Source of the DNA: Prevotella sp. | GTDB lineage: Bacteria; Bacteroidota; Bacteroidia; Bacteroidales; Dysgonomonadaceae | DNA: 64,000 bases | Assembly (NCBI GenBank): GCA_031285625.1 | Contig: JAITVV010000018.1 | Span: forward strand, 25,488 to 89,487 | Reading direction: 5' to 3' | Shown: positions 42,741-55,225 of the stretch, in pieces | Position numbering within the stretch: the first letter of the stretch is position 1 | Layout: each line of letters begins with the position of its first letter | Notes under the pieces: generated by a model | The model's input: only the letters and a program-made list of their open reading frames with translations | Told to the model about the DNA's origin: nothing | The model's database searches: none | Made by a program: the position numbers and the translations under genes

Positions 42741-43316
42741 ATGGGATTGAATAACTCTGCGGTAATTGATCAATTATTTTGGAGAATAGCTCTAAAAGAT
42801 GATGAAGAAGCTTTTCGTTCTTTATTCTTCGAGTTCTTCTCTTCTTTATGTGTTTTTGCACATAGGTATGTTGAGGATTGGGATACTTGTGAAGACCTTG
42901 TGCAAGATACATTCTTTAAAATATGGAAGAACAGGAAGTCCATAGAAATAAATACCTCAAGCCGAAATTTTCTGATTACCAGTGTGCGAAATTCATGCAT
43001 TGATTATTTACGAAAGCAAGATTCTGCCCGAGCTTGGCAAGAAAAAGAGATAAAAGACAAAACAGAATACACATCTGATGATTTATACTCCCATATAGAG
43101 TTGGAGCAAATGTTAACCGCTGCACTATCCAAACTACCGGAGAATATAAGGGCGGTTTTTGAGATGAACAGGTTTGAAGGAAAAACATATAAAGAGATTG
43201 CAGAAGAAAAAAACATATCTGTGAAAACCGTGGAAGCTCATATGACAAAGGCACTTAAAGTGCTTAGAGTCGAACTAAAAGACTACCTGCCTTTAATAAT
43301 CCTTCTTCTCTGGTAA
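42741..43316 (+). CDS. ECF sigma-70 factor (PUL3)
   Basis: EDLVQDTFFKIW, VRNSCIDYLR, FEMNRFEGKTYKEIA...SVKTVEAH. Confidence 0.94.
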   Translation: MGLNNSAVIDQLFWRIALKDDEEAFRSLFFEFFSSLCVFAHRYVEDWDTCEDLVQDTFFKIWKNRKSIEINTSSRNFLITSVRNSCIDYLRKQDSARAWQEKEIKDKTEYTSDDLYSHIELEQMLTAALSKLPENIRAVFEMNRFEGKTYKEIAEEKNISVKTVEAHMTKALKVLRVELKDYLPLIILLLW

Positions 43317-43335
43317 AAAAATAAGTATTATCCTG

Positions 43336-43360
43336 TAGGGTATATTATATCTGATGCGTC
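43336..43360 (+). promoter_or_regulatory. putative ECF-sigma promoter for fecR3
   Basis: TAGGG-TATATTATATCTGATG(16)-CGTC. Confidence 0.65.
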
Positions 43361-43385
43361 TAGTAATTAAAATTAAGAAGAAACT

Positions 43386-44408
43386 GTGGATATTAATACC
43401 GAACATATAATAGCTTATCTGGAGAAAAGGTTACCTGAAAATGACCTGAAAGAATTTGAATATCAACTAGAAAATTCAGATGACTTTAGAAAAGAAGTCG
43501 AAGACATTGCCTTTGTATGGAGAACATCAGAGGAGTTGAAGCTACATGGCAAAATAGATACAGATGCTAACTGGAATCAGATTTCAAGAAGAATAAAGAA
43601 AGATAAATATAAAACAAAGCTTTTACGTTATAGCCGTTCAGCTGCTGCAATTCTGATACTACCGGTATTATTTCTTACTACTTTCTTATATATCGAACTA
43701 GATAATAAGAATAATCAACCGAAACAACAATTGCACGTTACATCTGCATACGGAACAGTTACAAAAACGGTACTTTCTGATGGTACTGAAGTCTGGTTGA
43801 ATTCAGGTTCAACGCTGAGCTATCCTCAAACTTTCACTAAAGGAGAACGTAACGTCATGCTTACAGGAGAAGCATACTTCAAAGTAAGCTCTGATAAATC
43901 GAACCGATTCAATGTTATTATATCTGATGAACTTATTGTAAGTGCATATGGTACGGAATTTAATATAAATTCTTACAAAGAAGATAATACTATAGATGTT
44001 ACTCTGATCGAAGGAAATATTCAGGTATCGAAAACAGACAAAACAGGTTCTAAGGATATAATACCAGGACAGCATATAACTTACAATAAGAATAGCAAGC
44101 TAATGGCTATGGCCGATGTCAATCTATCAGTAAAGACTGGATGGAAAGATGGAAAGATGATATTCCGCAGAGCCAATATGACAGAAGTCGTCCAACGCCT
44201 TTCTCGTCATTTTAATGTAGACATCCGACTAGAAGGGAAAGAACTATATGATTATGAATATTCTGCAACATTTACAACAGAGACCTTGAATGAGATATTA
44301 TTGTTACTTGAAAAAACGGCACCAATAAAATATTCTATAATTGAACCGGAACAGTCTGGTGATTATAGCTTCACAAAAAGAATAGTTAAGATAAGCCTTA
44401 AAAAATAA
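43386..44408 (+). CDS. FecR family anti-sigma factor (PUL3)
   Basis: TM, LSDGTEVWLNSGS, LTGEAYF, GTEFNI, WKDG; GTG start. Confidence 0.93.
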   Translation: MDINTEHIIAYLEKRLPENDLKEFEYQLENSDDFRKEVEDIAFVWRTSEELKLHGKIDTDANWNQISRRIKKDKYKTKLLRYSRSAAAILILPVLFLTTFLYIELDNKNNQPKQQLHVTSAYGTVTKTVLSDGTEVWLNSGSTLSYPQTFTKGERNVMLTGEAYFKVSSDKSNRFNVIISDELIVSAYGTEFNINSYKEDNTIDVTLIEGNIQVSKTDKTGSKDIIPGQHITYNKNSKLMAMADVNLSVKTGWKDGKMIFRRANMTEVVQRLSRHFNVDIRLEGKELYDYEYSATFTTETLNEILLLLEKTAPIKYSIIEPEQSGDYSFTKRIVKISLKK

Positions 44409-44419
44409 ATAAAAACTTA

Positions 44420-44445
44420 TAGGGTATTTCCCAACTGGATGCGTC
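44420..44445 (+). promoter_or_regulatory. putative ECF-sigma promoter for PUL3 structural operon
   Basis: TAGGG-TATTTCCCAACTGGATG(17)-CGTC. Confidence 0.65.
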
Positions 44446-44651
44446 TATCCTATAAATGCAGTTTATACTATGAATTACTAACATTAAAATCACTACTATG
44501 GAAGAAAGTATTTAAAAAGAATACGGGAAAAATGCAAGTTACATTTCTCCCGTAAATTATCAAATCAATATTACCAATCCGAAAATCTCACCTGACGAAT
44601 GGTAATAAGATTAAGTCGTTAACAACCTAATTAATTTGACGAAGTAAAATT

Positions 44652-45380
44652 ATGAAGAATTTACTTAACAAAAAAGGTAATAGGCTATATTTTAGTCTGC
44701 TATCAAAAATCCCCATCTCTATGAGAATCGCAGTAATTTTATTATTTGGAATAATATTCCATGCAGGGGCTTCTAATATTTATTCACAAACAGCCTCAGT
44801 TTCCTTAAATCTAAAAAATACGACGGTAGAAAAGGTCTTGAATACGATAGAGGAAAACTCAGAGTTTTATTTCCTGTACAACAGTAAGCTAGTTGATGTA
44901 GACAGAAAAGTAAATATTGATGTGAAGAATCAATCTATAGAATCTGTATTGAAATCTTTGTTCGGATCAACAGATGTTTATTACAAAGTTGAAGGGAAAC
45001 AAATTATTCTGTCAAATAAGACGATCTCTTCACTGGATACTCAAAAGACTCTTCAACAAAATATTAAAAAAATTACAGGTGTAGTAAGAGAAGTTAATAA
45101 GGAACCCGTGGTTGGTGAAGGCTTCCGCTGGAACGATATTGTTAGATGGAAAGCCGGAAAATTGATAGAGAACATGAAAACTGTATATGGTTTGCGTGTT
45201 ACAGATGAACTGAAGAATAAATACGAATCATTTACACGTGAACTGACAGATGATAAATTATTGATTGCATATCCAAATGTTGCACCTCGTAAATGGAATG
45301 ACAAATTATACCTGCGTCCATTGCCTATCGAAGAACTTGCAATTAATACAAATCTGACTCAAAATCCGGGATGGGAATAA
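44652..45380 (+). pseudogene. in-frame susC::susD deletion chimera (SusC signal peptide + STN fused to SusD C-terminus)
   Basis: aa 1-155 SusC-like (VEKVLNTIEENSEFYFLYNSKLVDVDRKV; KITGVVRE..KEPVVG), then EGFRWNDIVRWK...YLRPLPIEEL..N.NLTQNPGWE typical of a SusD C-terminus; junction ~45111-45117. Confidence 0.88.
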
Positions 45381-45398
45381 CTTTAAAATGAAGAAATA

Positions 45399-46352
45399 AT
45401 GAAAAAAAATCTAATATATTTAATTACGGTTTTATTAGGAATCTGCATCTTGTATGGATGTAGCGATGACGACGGAGGTTCTGATATATATATTACCCAA
45501 GCAGGGAATCCGGTAAATGTAAAGTTTGTAATGAAAAATGATCCTTATATACAAACATTCACTGTATCAATGGTAAGTCCTTATCCGATACCGTCCTCAA
45601 GCGGAATTAACCATGATGTAAAAGTGTCTTTAGAGACAGATCCATCTAAAGTAGAGGTCTATAATTCAAAGGAAGGTACATCTTATAAGATAATGCCGGA
45701 AGGTAGTTACTCTTTTCCTTCAGAAGTCATTATTAATGCCGGCTCATATGTTTCGGAGAATATATCTTTATCTATAAATGCTAAAGGGAAAATTGAAGCA
45801 TTGGAAACATATATACTTCCTATCAGTATAAAAGCTGTAGAAGGAGCCAATACTGATAATTCACACCAAACTATTTATTTTTTGCTGACAGGCTCTATAG
45901 ATGCCAGTGATATGGTATTTCTTAGCCGGACCGGCTGGCAAGTAATCGATGTGTCATCTGAAGAACTGAATGGTGAAGGTGCAAATAATGGTGCGGCGAA
46001 ATATGCTTTTGACGGAGATGGCCAAACATTCTGGCATACACAATGGCAGGGAGGAGAACCTATGCCTCCTCACCATATTACGGTAGATATGGGTAAGGAA
46101 GTAGAACTGCAAGGTTTTTCTTACTTAACTCGTGATTTCGGTGGAGCATGGCCTAAAGAATGTACTATTGAAGTAAGCAAGGATAATGCAGGATGGGAAG
46201 TTGCTGCTAATTTTACAGGCCTGCCTGCTTCCGGAGCCACCGAGTTTCGTTCGTTCTTCCCTGATGCTGTAGAAGCGAGATATTTCAAAATGACAATTAC
46301 TGCGGGGTATGGTGGTGCCTCCACACATGTAGCCGAAATCAATGTGTTCTAA
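45399..46352 (+). CDS. surface glycan-binding lipoprotein (DUF1735-like + F5/8 type C/CBM32)
   Basis: lipobox LYGC-SDDD, YILPISIK, AFDGD..TFWHT.W, ARYFKM, AEINVF. Confidence 0.85.
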   Translation: MKKNLIYLITVLLGICILYGCSDDDGGSDIYITQAGNPVNVKFVMKNDPYIQTFTVSMVSPYPIPSSSGINHDVKVSLETDPSKVEVYNSKEGTSYKIMPEGSYSFPSEVIINAGSYVSENISLSINAKGKIEALETYILPISIKAVEGANTDNSHQTIYFLLTGSIDASDMVFLSRTGWQVIDVSSEELNGEGANNGAAKYAFDGDGQTFWHTQWQGGEPMPPHHITVDMGKEVELQGFSYLTRDFGGAWPKECTIEVSKDNAGWEVAANFTGLPASGATEFRSFFPDAVEARYFKMTITAGYGGASTHVAEINVF

Positions 46353-46424
46353 TTAAATAATTTAATTGAGGATTGACTAGAATATCAATCCTCAGTTTAG
46401 AAAATCATATTAATAATTTTGAAA

Positions 46425-47876
46425 ATGAAAAATAAAAAAATCATATTTACTCTATTCTCTCTATTCATTTCATTAAATACTTTTTCTCAAGCACCCAAAC
46501 CAATCGGTCCGACCCCAAACGAAAGGCAGATAGATTGGTATAACCAAGAAATAATAGCCTTTTTCCATTTTGGGCTGAATACCTATGAAGAATTTGTAAA
46601 CGAAGGTGATGGCAGGACTACCACTTCTCTTTTCAATCCCACAGCACTTGATTGTAAACAATGGGCACGAACATTAAAAGCCGCTGGAATCTCTAATGGC
46701 ATACTGACAGCCAAACATGCCGATGGTTTTTGTCTTTGGCCAAGTGCTTATACAGATTATTGTGTAAAGAACAGTCCGTGGAAAGGAGGTAAAGGTGATG
46801 TGGTCAAAGAGTTTGCTGATGCATTCAATAGCTTGGGAGTAAGAGCCAGTGTTTACCTAGGCCCTCACGACCGGCACGAACATCTGTCGCCGTTATATAA
46901 TACAACTGACTATAGGGATTACTATGCTCATCAGCTGACTGAACTCTTATCTAACTATGGCCCGATGTGGGAAACATGGTGGGATGGAGCAGGAGCCGAC
47001 GAGCTTACGACTCCTATTTACACTAAATGGGCGGAGATTGTTCGCAGGCTTCAACCTCAATGCGTCATTTTCGGGACAAAGAATTCATATCGTTTTGCAG
47101 ATGTTCGCTGGAATGGTAATGAAACCGGAATTGCCGGAGATCCATGTTGGTCTACAATTGACTCTTTATCTATCAGGGACGAAGGTGCCCATATCAAAGA
47201 TCTGAACGAAGGACAACTTAACGGGAATGCCTATATCCCTGCAGAATCTGACGTATCTATCCGTCCAAGCTGGTTTTATCATTCAGAGGAAGATGTTATG
47301 GTAAAATCGGTAGAAGAACTATGGGATATCTATTGTAAATCGGTAGGACGCAACAGTGTGTTGCTATTAAATCTTCCTCCGGATAGAAGAGGACTTATCC
47401 ATCCTATAGATTCGGCAAATATAGTAGGACTGCGTAAAGCAATTGATGAAACATTCCGTGCGAATCTGTTGGAAGATGCAAAAGTAACAGCAAAGAATCC
47501 TCGTGGAGGTGAATATGCCGTAACTAATATGATTGATAAATCGCCGGATACATATTATGCAGCCAATGATAATGCCACGACTGATGAAATAGTGTTTGAA
47601 ATGAACTCATCCAAGACATTTGACTGTCTGATGATTCAGGAGGTGATTGCCTTAGGGCACCGTACAACCGGATGGTCTGTAGATTATTCAAATGATGGTA
47701 AAAAATGGACTACTATCCCCCAAGCTAAAGATAAACAAAGCATAGGACATAAGTGGATACTAAGATTCTCTCCGGTTACTGCAAAATATGTAAGACTGCG
47801 TATTACAAAAGGTAAGGCATGCCCAGCCATTCATACTTTTGGTGTATACAAACAGTCTGTATTAGTAAGTAAATAA
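46425..47876 (+). CDS. GH29 alpha-L-fucosidase with C-terminal F5/8 domain
   Basis: FFHFGLNT, FNPT.LD..QW, LTAKHADGFCLWPS, WWDGA nucleophile, E.DVSIRPSWFY, SVGRN..LLLN.PPD. Confidence 0.9.
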   Translation: MKNKKIIFTLFSLFISLNTFSQAPKPIGPTPNERQIDWYNQEIIAFFHFGLNTYEEFVNEGDGRTTTSLFNPTALDCKQWARTLKAAGISNGILTAKHADGFCLWPSAYTDYCVKNSPWKGGKGDVVKEFADAFNSLGVRASVYLGPHDRHEHLSPLYNTTDYRDYYAHQLTELLSNYGPMWETWWDGAGADELTTPIYTKWAEIVRRLQPQCVIFGTKNSYRFADVRWNGNETGIAGDPCWSTIDSLSIRDEGAHIKDLNEGQLNGNAYIPAESDVSIRPSWFYHSEEDVMVKSVEELWDIYCKSVGRNSVLLLNLPPDRRGLIHPIDSANIVGLRKAIDETFRANLLEDAKVTAKNPRGGEYAVTNMIDKSPDTYYAANDNATTDEIVFEMNSSKTFDCLMIQEVIALGHRTTGWSVDYSNDGKKWTTIPQAKDKQSIGHKWILRFSPVTAKYVRLRITKGKACPAIHTFGVYKQSVLVSK

Positions 47877-47893
47877 TTTCTAAAATTAAATAA

Positions 47894-51547
<3,654 letters not shown>

Positions 51548-51609
51548 ATAAAAACCTAACCACAGGGAAATGGAAATTATTCCATCTCCCTGTATTTAAT
51601 ATTAATTCA

Positions 51610-53901
51610 ATGAAAAATATATATTTAGCGTTTCTTTTATTGCTGATGGTATCATGTCAGCCAAAAGAGGGAAATATACTAAATGAAGAAAAGAGTCCTG
51701 TGGATTATGTGAATATACTGATGGGTACACAATCCAAATTTACCTTATCCAATGGCAATACCTATCCTGCTATTGCCATGCCATGGGGTATGAATTTCTG
51801 GACACCGCAAACAGGGAAGATGGGTGACGGTTGGGCATATACTTATGATGCCGATAAGATAAGAGGATTCAAGCAAACGCATCAACCCAGTCCGTGGATG
51901 AACGATTACGGTCAGTTCGCTATTATGCCCATGACAGGGAAAGCCATTTTTGATCAGGATGAAAGAGCCAGCTGGTTTTCACATAAGGCGGAAACAGCAA
52001 AACCCTATTATTACAAGGTATATCTGGCCGATTATGATGTGATAACAGAGATTACGCCAACCGAACGGGCAGCCATGTTCCGCTTTACCTTTCCCGAAAA
52101 TGAAAAATCATATGTGGTAATTGATGCTTTTGACGAAGGATCATATGTAAAAATACTTCCGGATGAAAATAAGATTATCGGCTACACCACAAAAAACACA
52201 AAAGGAGTTCCAGATAATTTCAAAAACTATTTTGTAATAACTTTTGATAAGCCATTCGCTTATACGGCTTCTGTTGCAGGTGGCGTTATATCAGACGGGA
52301 AACCGGAAAGTGCAGACAAACATGCGGGAGCGGTTATCGGTTTTCCGACCCACAAAGGAGAAGTGGTGCATGCTAAAGTAGCTTCGTCGTTTATCAGCCA
52401 CGAACAGGCTGAAACCAATCTAAAAGAGATAGGTGAAAATACTTTTGAACAGATAAAAGAACAGGGCAGGAATAAATGGAATGAGGTATTAGGTAAGATT
52501 GTAGTTGAAGATGATAACATCGACAATGTAAGAACATTCTATTCCTGCCTTTATCGCTCTGTATTATTTCCCCGCAGCTTTTATGAAATTAATGACAAAG
52601 GAGAAACAGTACATTACAGTCCCTATAACGGAGAAGTCCTGCCCGGCTATATGTTTACCGATACAGGATTCTGGGATACATTCCGCTGTTTATTCCCATT
52701 GTTGAACCTGATGTATCCTGATATGAATGCGAAGATGCAGGAAGGATTGGTTAATACATATAAAGAAAGTAGTTTCCTTCCCGAATGGGCCAGCCCGGGG
52801 CATCGCTATTGCATGGTAGGAAATAACTCGGCATCGGTGGTTGCTGATGCTTATTTGAAAGGATTGAGAGGGTACGATATAGAAATGCTTTGGCAGGCTA
52901 TAATTCATGGGACAACTGCTGTCCACCCCGAAATGAAATCAACAGGTAGGTTGGGTTACGAGTATTATAACAAACTGGGGTATGTTCCCTATGATGTAAA
53001 TATTAATGAGAATGCAGCACGTACACTTGAGTATGCCTATGATGACTGGTGTATTTACCAGCTGGGAAAAGCTCTTGGAAAACCTGAAAAAGAAATAGAG
53101 ATTTATAAACAGAGGGCAATGAATTACAAAAACCTCTTCGACCCAGAGCATAAATTAATGAGAGGAAAGAATCAGGATGGGACATTCCAGTCTCCTTTCA
53201 ATCCACTGAGATGGGGAGATGCCTTTACCGAGGGCAACAGTTGGCATTACACTTGGTCGGTGTTTCATGATCCGCAGGGGTTAATTGACCTGATGGGAGG
53301 AAAAGACGGTTTTAACCAGATGATGGACTCAGTGTTTAATGTTCCGCCATTGTTCGACGAAAGTTATTACGGAGGAGTAATTCATGAAATACGGGAGATG
53401 CAGATAATGAATATGGGACAGTATGCACATGGCAATCAACCTGTACAACATATGATTTACCTATATAATTATTCAGGCGAACCATGGAAAGCCCAGTATT
53501 GGGTACGTGAGGTAATGGATAGGCTATATACTCCTAATCCGGATGGTTATTGTGGTGATGAGGATAATGGCCAGACTTCGGCCTGGTATGTGTTCTCTGC
53601 ACTTGGCTTCTATCCTGTTTGTCCGGGAACGGATCAGTATATTTTAGGTTCTCCTTTGTTTAAGAAAGTTACTTTAAAACTGGAGAATGGAAAAGAGATA
53701 GCTATCAGTGCAGATAATGTGAGTGTAGACAACAGGTATATCGAGGCGATGACCATCAATGGTAAATCCTCTTCCCGTAATTATATAACACATCCGGAGT
53801 TAATGAATAGTGGTGAAATCAATTTTAAAATGGCCTCATCGCCAAATGAAAAACGTGGGACAGACAAAGTGGATTTACCCTATTCGTTCTCACAAAAGTA
53901 A
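51610..53901 (+). CDS. GH92 alpha-1,2-mannosidase (lipoprotein)
   Basis: lipobox MVSC, GNTYP..AMPWGMNFW, THQPSPW.NDYG, TLEYAYDD, FTEGN, YAHGNQP, GDEDNGQTSAW. Confidence 0.94.
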   Translation: MKNIYLAFLLLLMVSCQPKEGNILNEEKSPVDYVNILMGTQSKFTLSNGNTYPAIAMPWGMNFWTPQTGKMGDGWAYTYDADKIRGFKQTHQPSPWMNDYGQFAIMPMTGKAIFDQDERASWFSHKAETAKPYYYKVYLADYDVITEITPTERAAMFRFTFPENEKSYVVIDAFDEGSYVKILPDENKIIGYTTKNTKGVPDNFKNYFVITFDKPFAYTASVAGGVISDGKPESADKHAGAVIGFPTHKGEVVHAKVASSFISHEQAETNLKEIGENTFEQIKEQGRNKWNEVLGKIVVEDDNIDNVRTFYSCLYRSVLFPRSFYEINDKGETVHYSPYNGEVLPGYMFTDTGFWDTFRCLFPLLNLMYPDMNAKMQEGLVNTYKESSFLPEWASPGHRYCMVGNNSASVVADAYLKGLRGYDIEMLWQAIIHGTTAVHPEMKSTGRLGYEYYNKLGYVPYDVNINENAARTLEYAYDDWCIYQLGKALGKPEKEIEIYKQRAMNYKNLFDPEHKLMRGKNQDGTFQSPFNPLRWGDAFTEGNSWHYTWSVFHDPQGLIDLMGGKDGFNQMMDSVFNVPPLFDESYYGGVIHEIREMQIMNMGQYAHGNQPVQHMIYLYNYSGEPWKAQYWVREVMDRLYTPNPDGYCGDEDNGQTSAWYVFSALGFYPVCPGTDQYILGSPLFKKVTLKLENGKEIAISADNVSVDNRYIEAMTINGKSSSRNYITHPELMNSGEINFKMASSPNEKRGTDKVDLPYSFSQK

Positions 53902-53952
53902 ATTACTACTTCATGCCTTTATCCTATTTACTAGTTAGATAATGATGTGTTT

Positions 53953-53973
53953 TAGTAATGATCTAGTAATGAT
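53953..53973. repeat. 11-bp-period direct repeat, possible integrase arm-type sites
   Basis: TAGTAATGAT at 53953 and 53964, degenerate copy TAGATAATGAT at 53936. Confidence 0.4.
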
Positions 53974-53988
53974 TTGTAGATAATTTAA

Positions 53989-54273
53989 CCTGTTTTAGAG
54001 AGAATAGTAGTTTATAGTGATTTAAATGAATATTTTATTGAACCTGGAAGTGTATATGTTGTGCAAACTGAATCTAATAGATATGTTAAGCGTTTATATT
54101 ACAATGATGATAGATCAGCACTTCTTTGCATATCTGACAATCATATAAAACATACTGATGGTCCTTTAGAAGGAACATATTTCTATCCACCATTTGAAAT
54201 ACCTTTTAGTGCTGTAAAATGCATCTATAAAGTAACTGGAGTAATAAAGAGAAATAGCACAACAGCATATTAA
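53989..54273 (+). pseudogene. C-terminal remnant of an S24 peptidase (phage CI/LexA-like repressor)
   Basis: open frame ...IEPGSVYVVQTESNRYVKRL...LLCISDN...YPPFEIP...IYKVTG; no HTH, no catalytic Ser segment, no good start. Confidence 0.65.
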
Positions 54274-54306
54274 TTATTAAGTATTTTCCTAAGTACATAA
54301 AAATAA

Positions 54307-54335
54307 AAGCGCGAAAACCATTTGTTTACGCGCTT
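54307..54335 (-). terminator. terminator downstream of tRNA-Lys
   Basis: AAGCGCG...CGCGCTT stem followed by T-rich tract on minus strand. Confidence 0.65.
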
Positions 54336-54351
54336 ACTTATTTTCAAAAAG

Positions 54352-54424
54352 TGACCCCGGAGGGGCTCGAACCCTCGACCCATTGATTAAGAGTCAATTG
54401 CTCTACCAACTGAGCTACGGAGTC
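54352..54424 (-). tRNA. tRNA-Lys (CTT)
   Basis: GACTCCGTAGCTCAGTTGGTAGAGCAATTGACTCTTAATCAATGGGTCGAGGGTTCGAGCCCCTCCGGGGTCA, 73 nt, anticodon loop CT-CTT-AA; TACTTTTG promoter at 54437-54444. Confidence 0.97.
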
Positions 54425-54527
54425 TTTTGATGAGTGCAAAAGTATAACAATTATTCTTTTTTAGAAAATATTTTCGGGAAGAAACTTTTAAATTCATTAC
54501 TTTTGTAGCTGAAGAGAAATCCTTTTC

Positions 54528-54565
54528 CGTGTATCTTAGGATCAACCACGTAAAAAACAAAGAAC
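54528..54565 (+). ncRNA. candidate preQ1-I-like riboswitch (variant) ahead of queC
   Basis: CGTG-TATCTTAGGATCAAC-CACG stem-loop followed by TAAAAAAC-AAAGAAC, 2 nt before the queC ATG; promoter TACTTTTG at 54498-54505. Confidence 0.6.
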
Positions 54566-54567
54566 TT

Positions 54568-55224
54568 ATGTATAACAAAGAATCAGCTCTAGTCTTGTTC
54601 TCCGGAGGACAAGATTCTACAACATGCCTTTATTGGGCACTTAAAAACTTTTCATCTGTTCGTACATTATGCTTTACTTACGGTCAGCGCCATTCTAAAG
54701 AGGTAGAAGTGGCTCAGGCAATAGCTGAAAATGCAAATGTCCCGTTTCAATTGCTGGATGCATCTATCATTAGTCAGTTGTCAGTAAACTCACTAACAAG
54801 TGACATCGTAATGGATCAGGAGAAACCCACAGATTCATATCCGAATACTTTTGTTCCTGGCCGGAATTTGCTATTCCTTACTTTTGCTGCGGTTATTGCC
54901 CGCTCTCATGGTATTCGTCATATTGTAACTGGGGTTTCCGAAGCTGATTATAGTGGCTATCCCGATTGCAGAGATACCTTTATACTCTCTGCTAATGCTT
55001 CTATAAATCTTGCAATGGATGAGCATTTTGAGATTCATACGCCGCTGATGTGGAGAGATAAAACAGCTGTATGGCAATTATCAGACGAATTGGGAGTGTT
55101 TGATATCGTTCGTACACAAACGTTAACCTGCTATAATGGAATAATAGCTGACGGATGCGGACATTGTCCGGCTTGTAAATTACGTAAACAAGGTTTAGAT
55201 AGTTATTTAAAGATAAGAAAATAA
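54568..55224 (+). CDS. queC: 7-cyano-7-deazaguanine synthase
   Basis: [29 protein letters not shown]...GCG.C.AC. Confidence 0.97.
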   Translation: MYNKESALVLFSGGQDSTTCLYWALKNFSSVRTLCFTYGQRHSKEVEVAQAIAENANVPFQLLDASIISQLSVNSLTSDIVMDQEKPTDSYPNTFVPGRNLLFLTFAAVIARSHGIRHIVTGVSEADYSGYPDCRDTFILSANASINLAMDEHFEIHTPLMWRDKTAVWQLSDELGVFDIVRTQTLTCYNGIIADGCGHCPACKLRKQGLDSYLKIRK

Positions 55225-55225
55225 T

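Noticed and set aside
41843-43385. Invertible promoter between fecR2 and the tandem sigma genes
   Set aside because: No flanking inverted repeats of invertase type and no recombinase; only a local hairpin at 42581-42603
54387-54578. 63-aa minus-strand ORF
   Set aside because: Overlaps tRNA-Lys, two promoters and the queC leader; spurious
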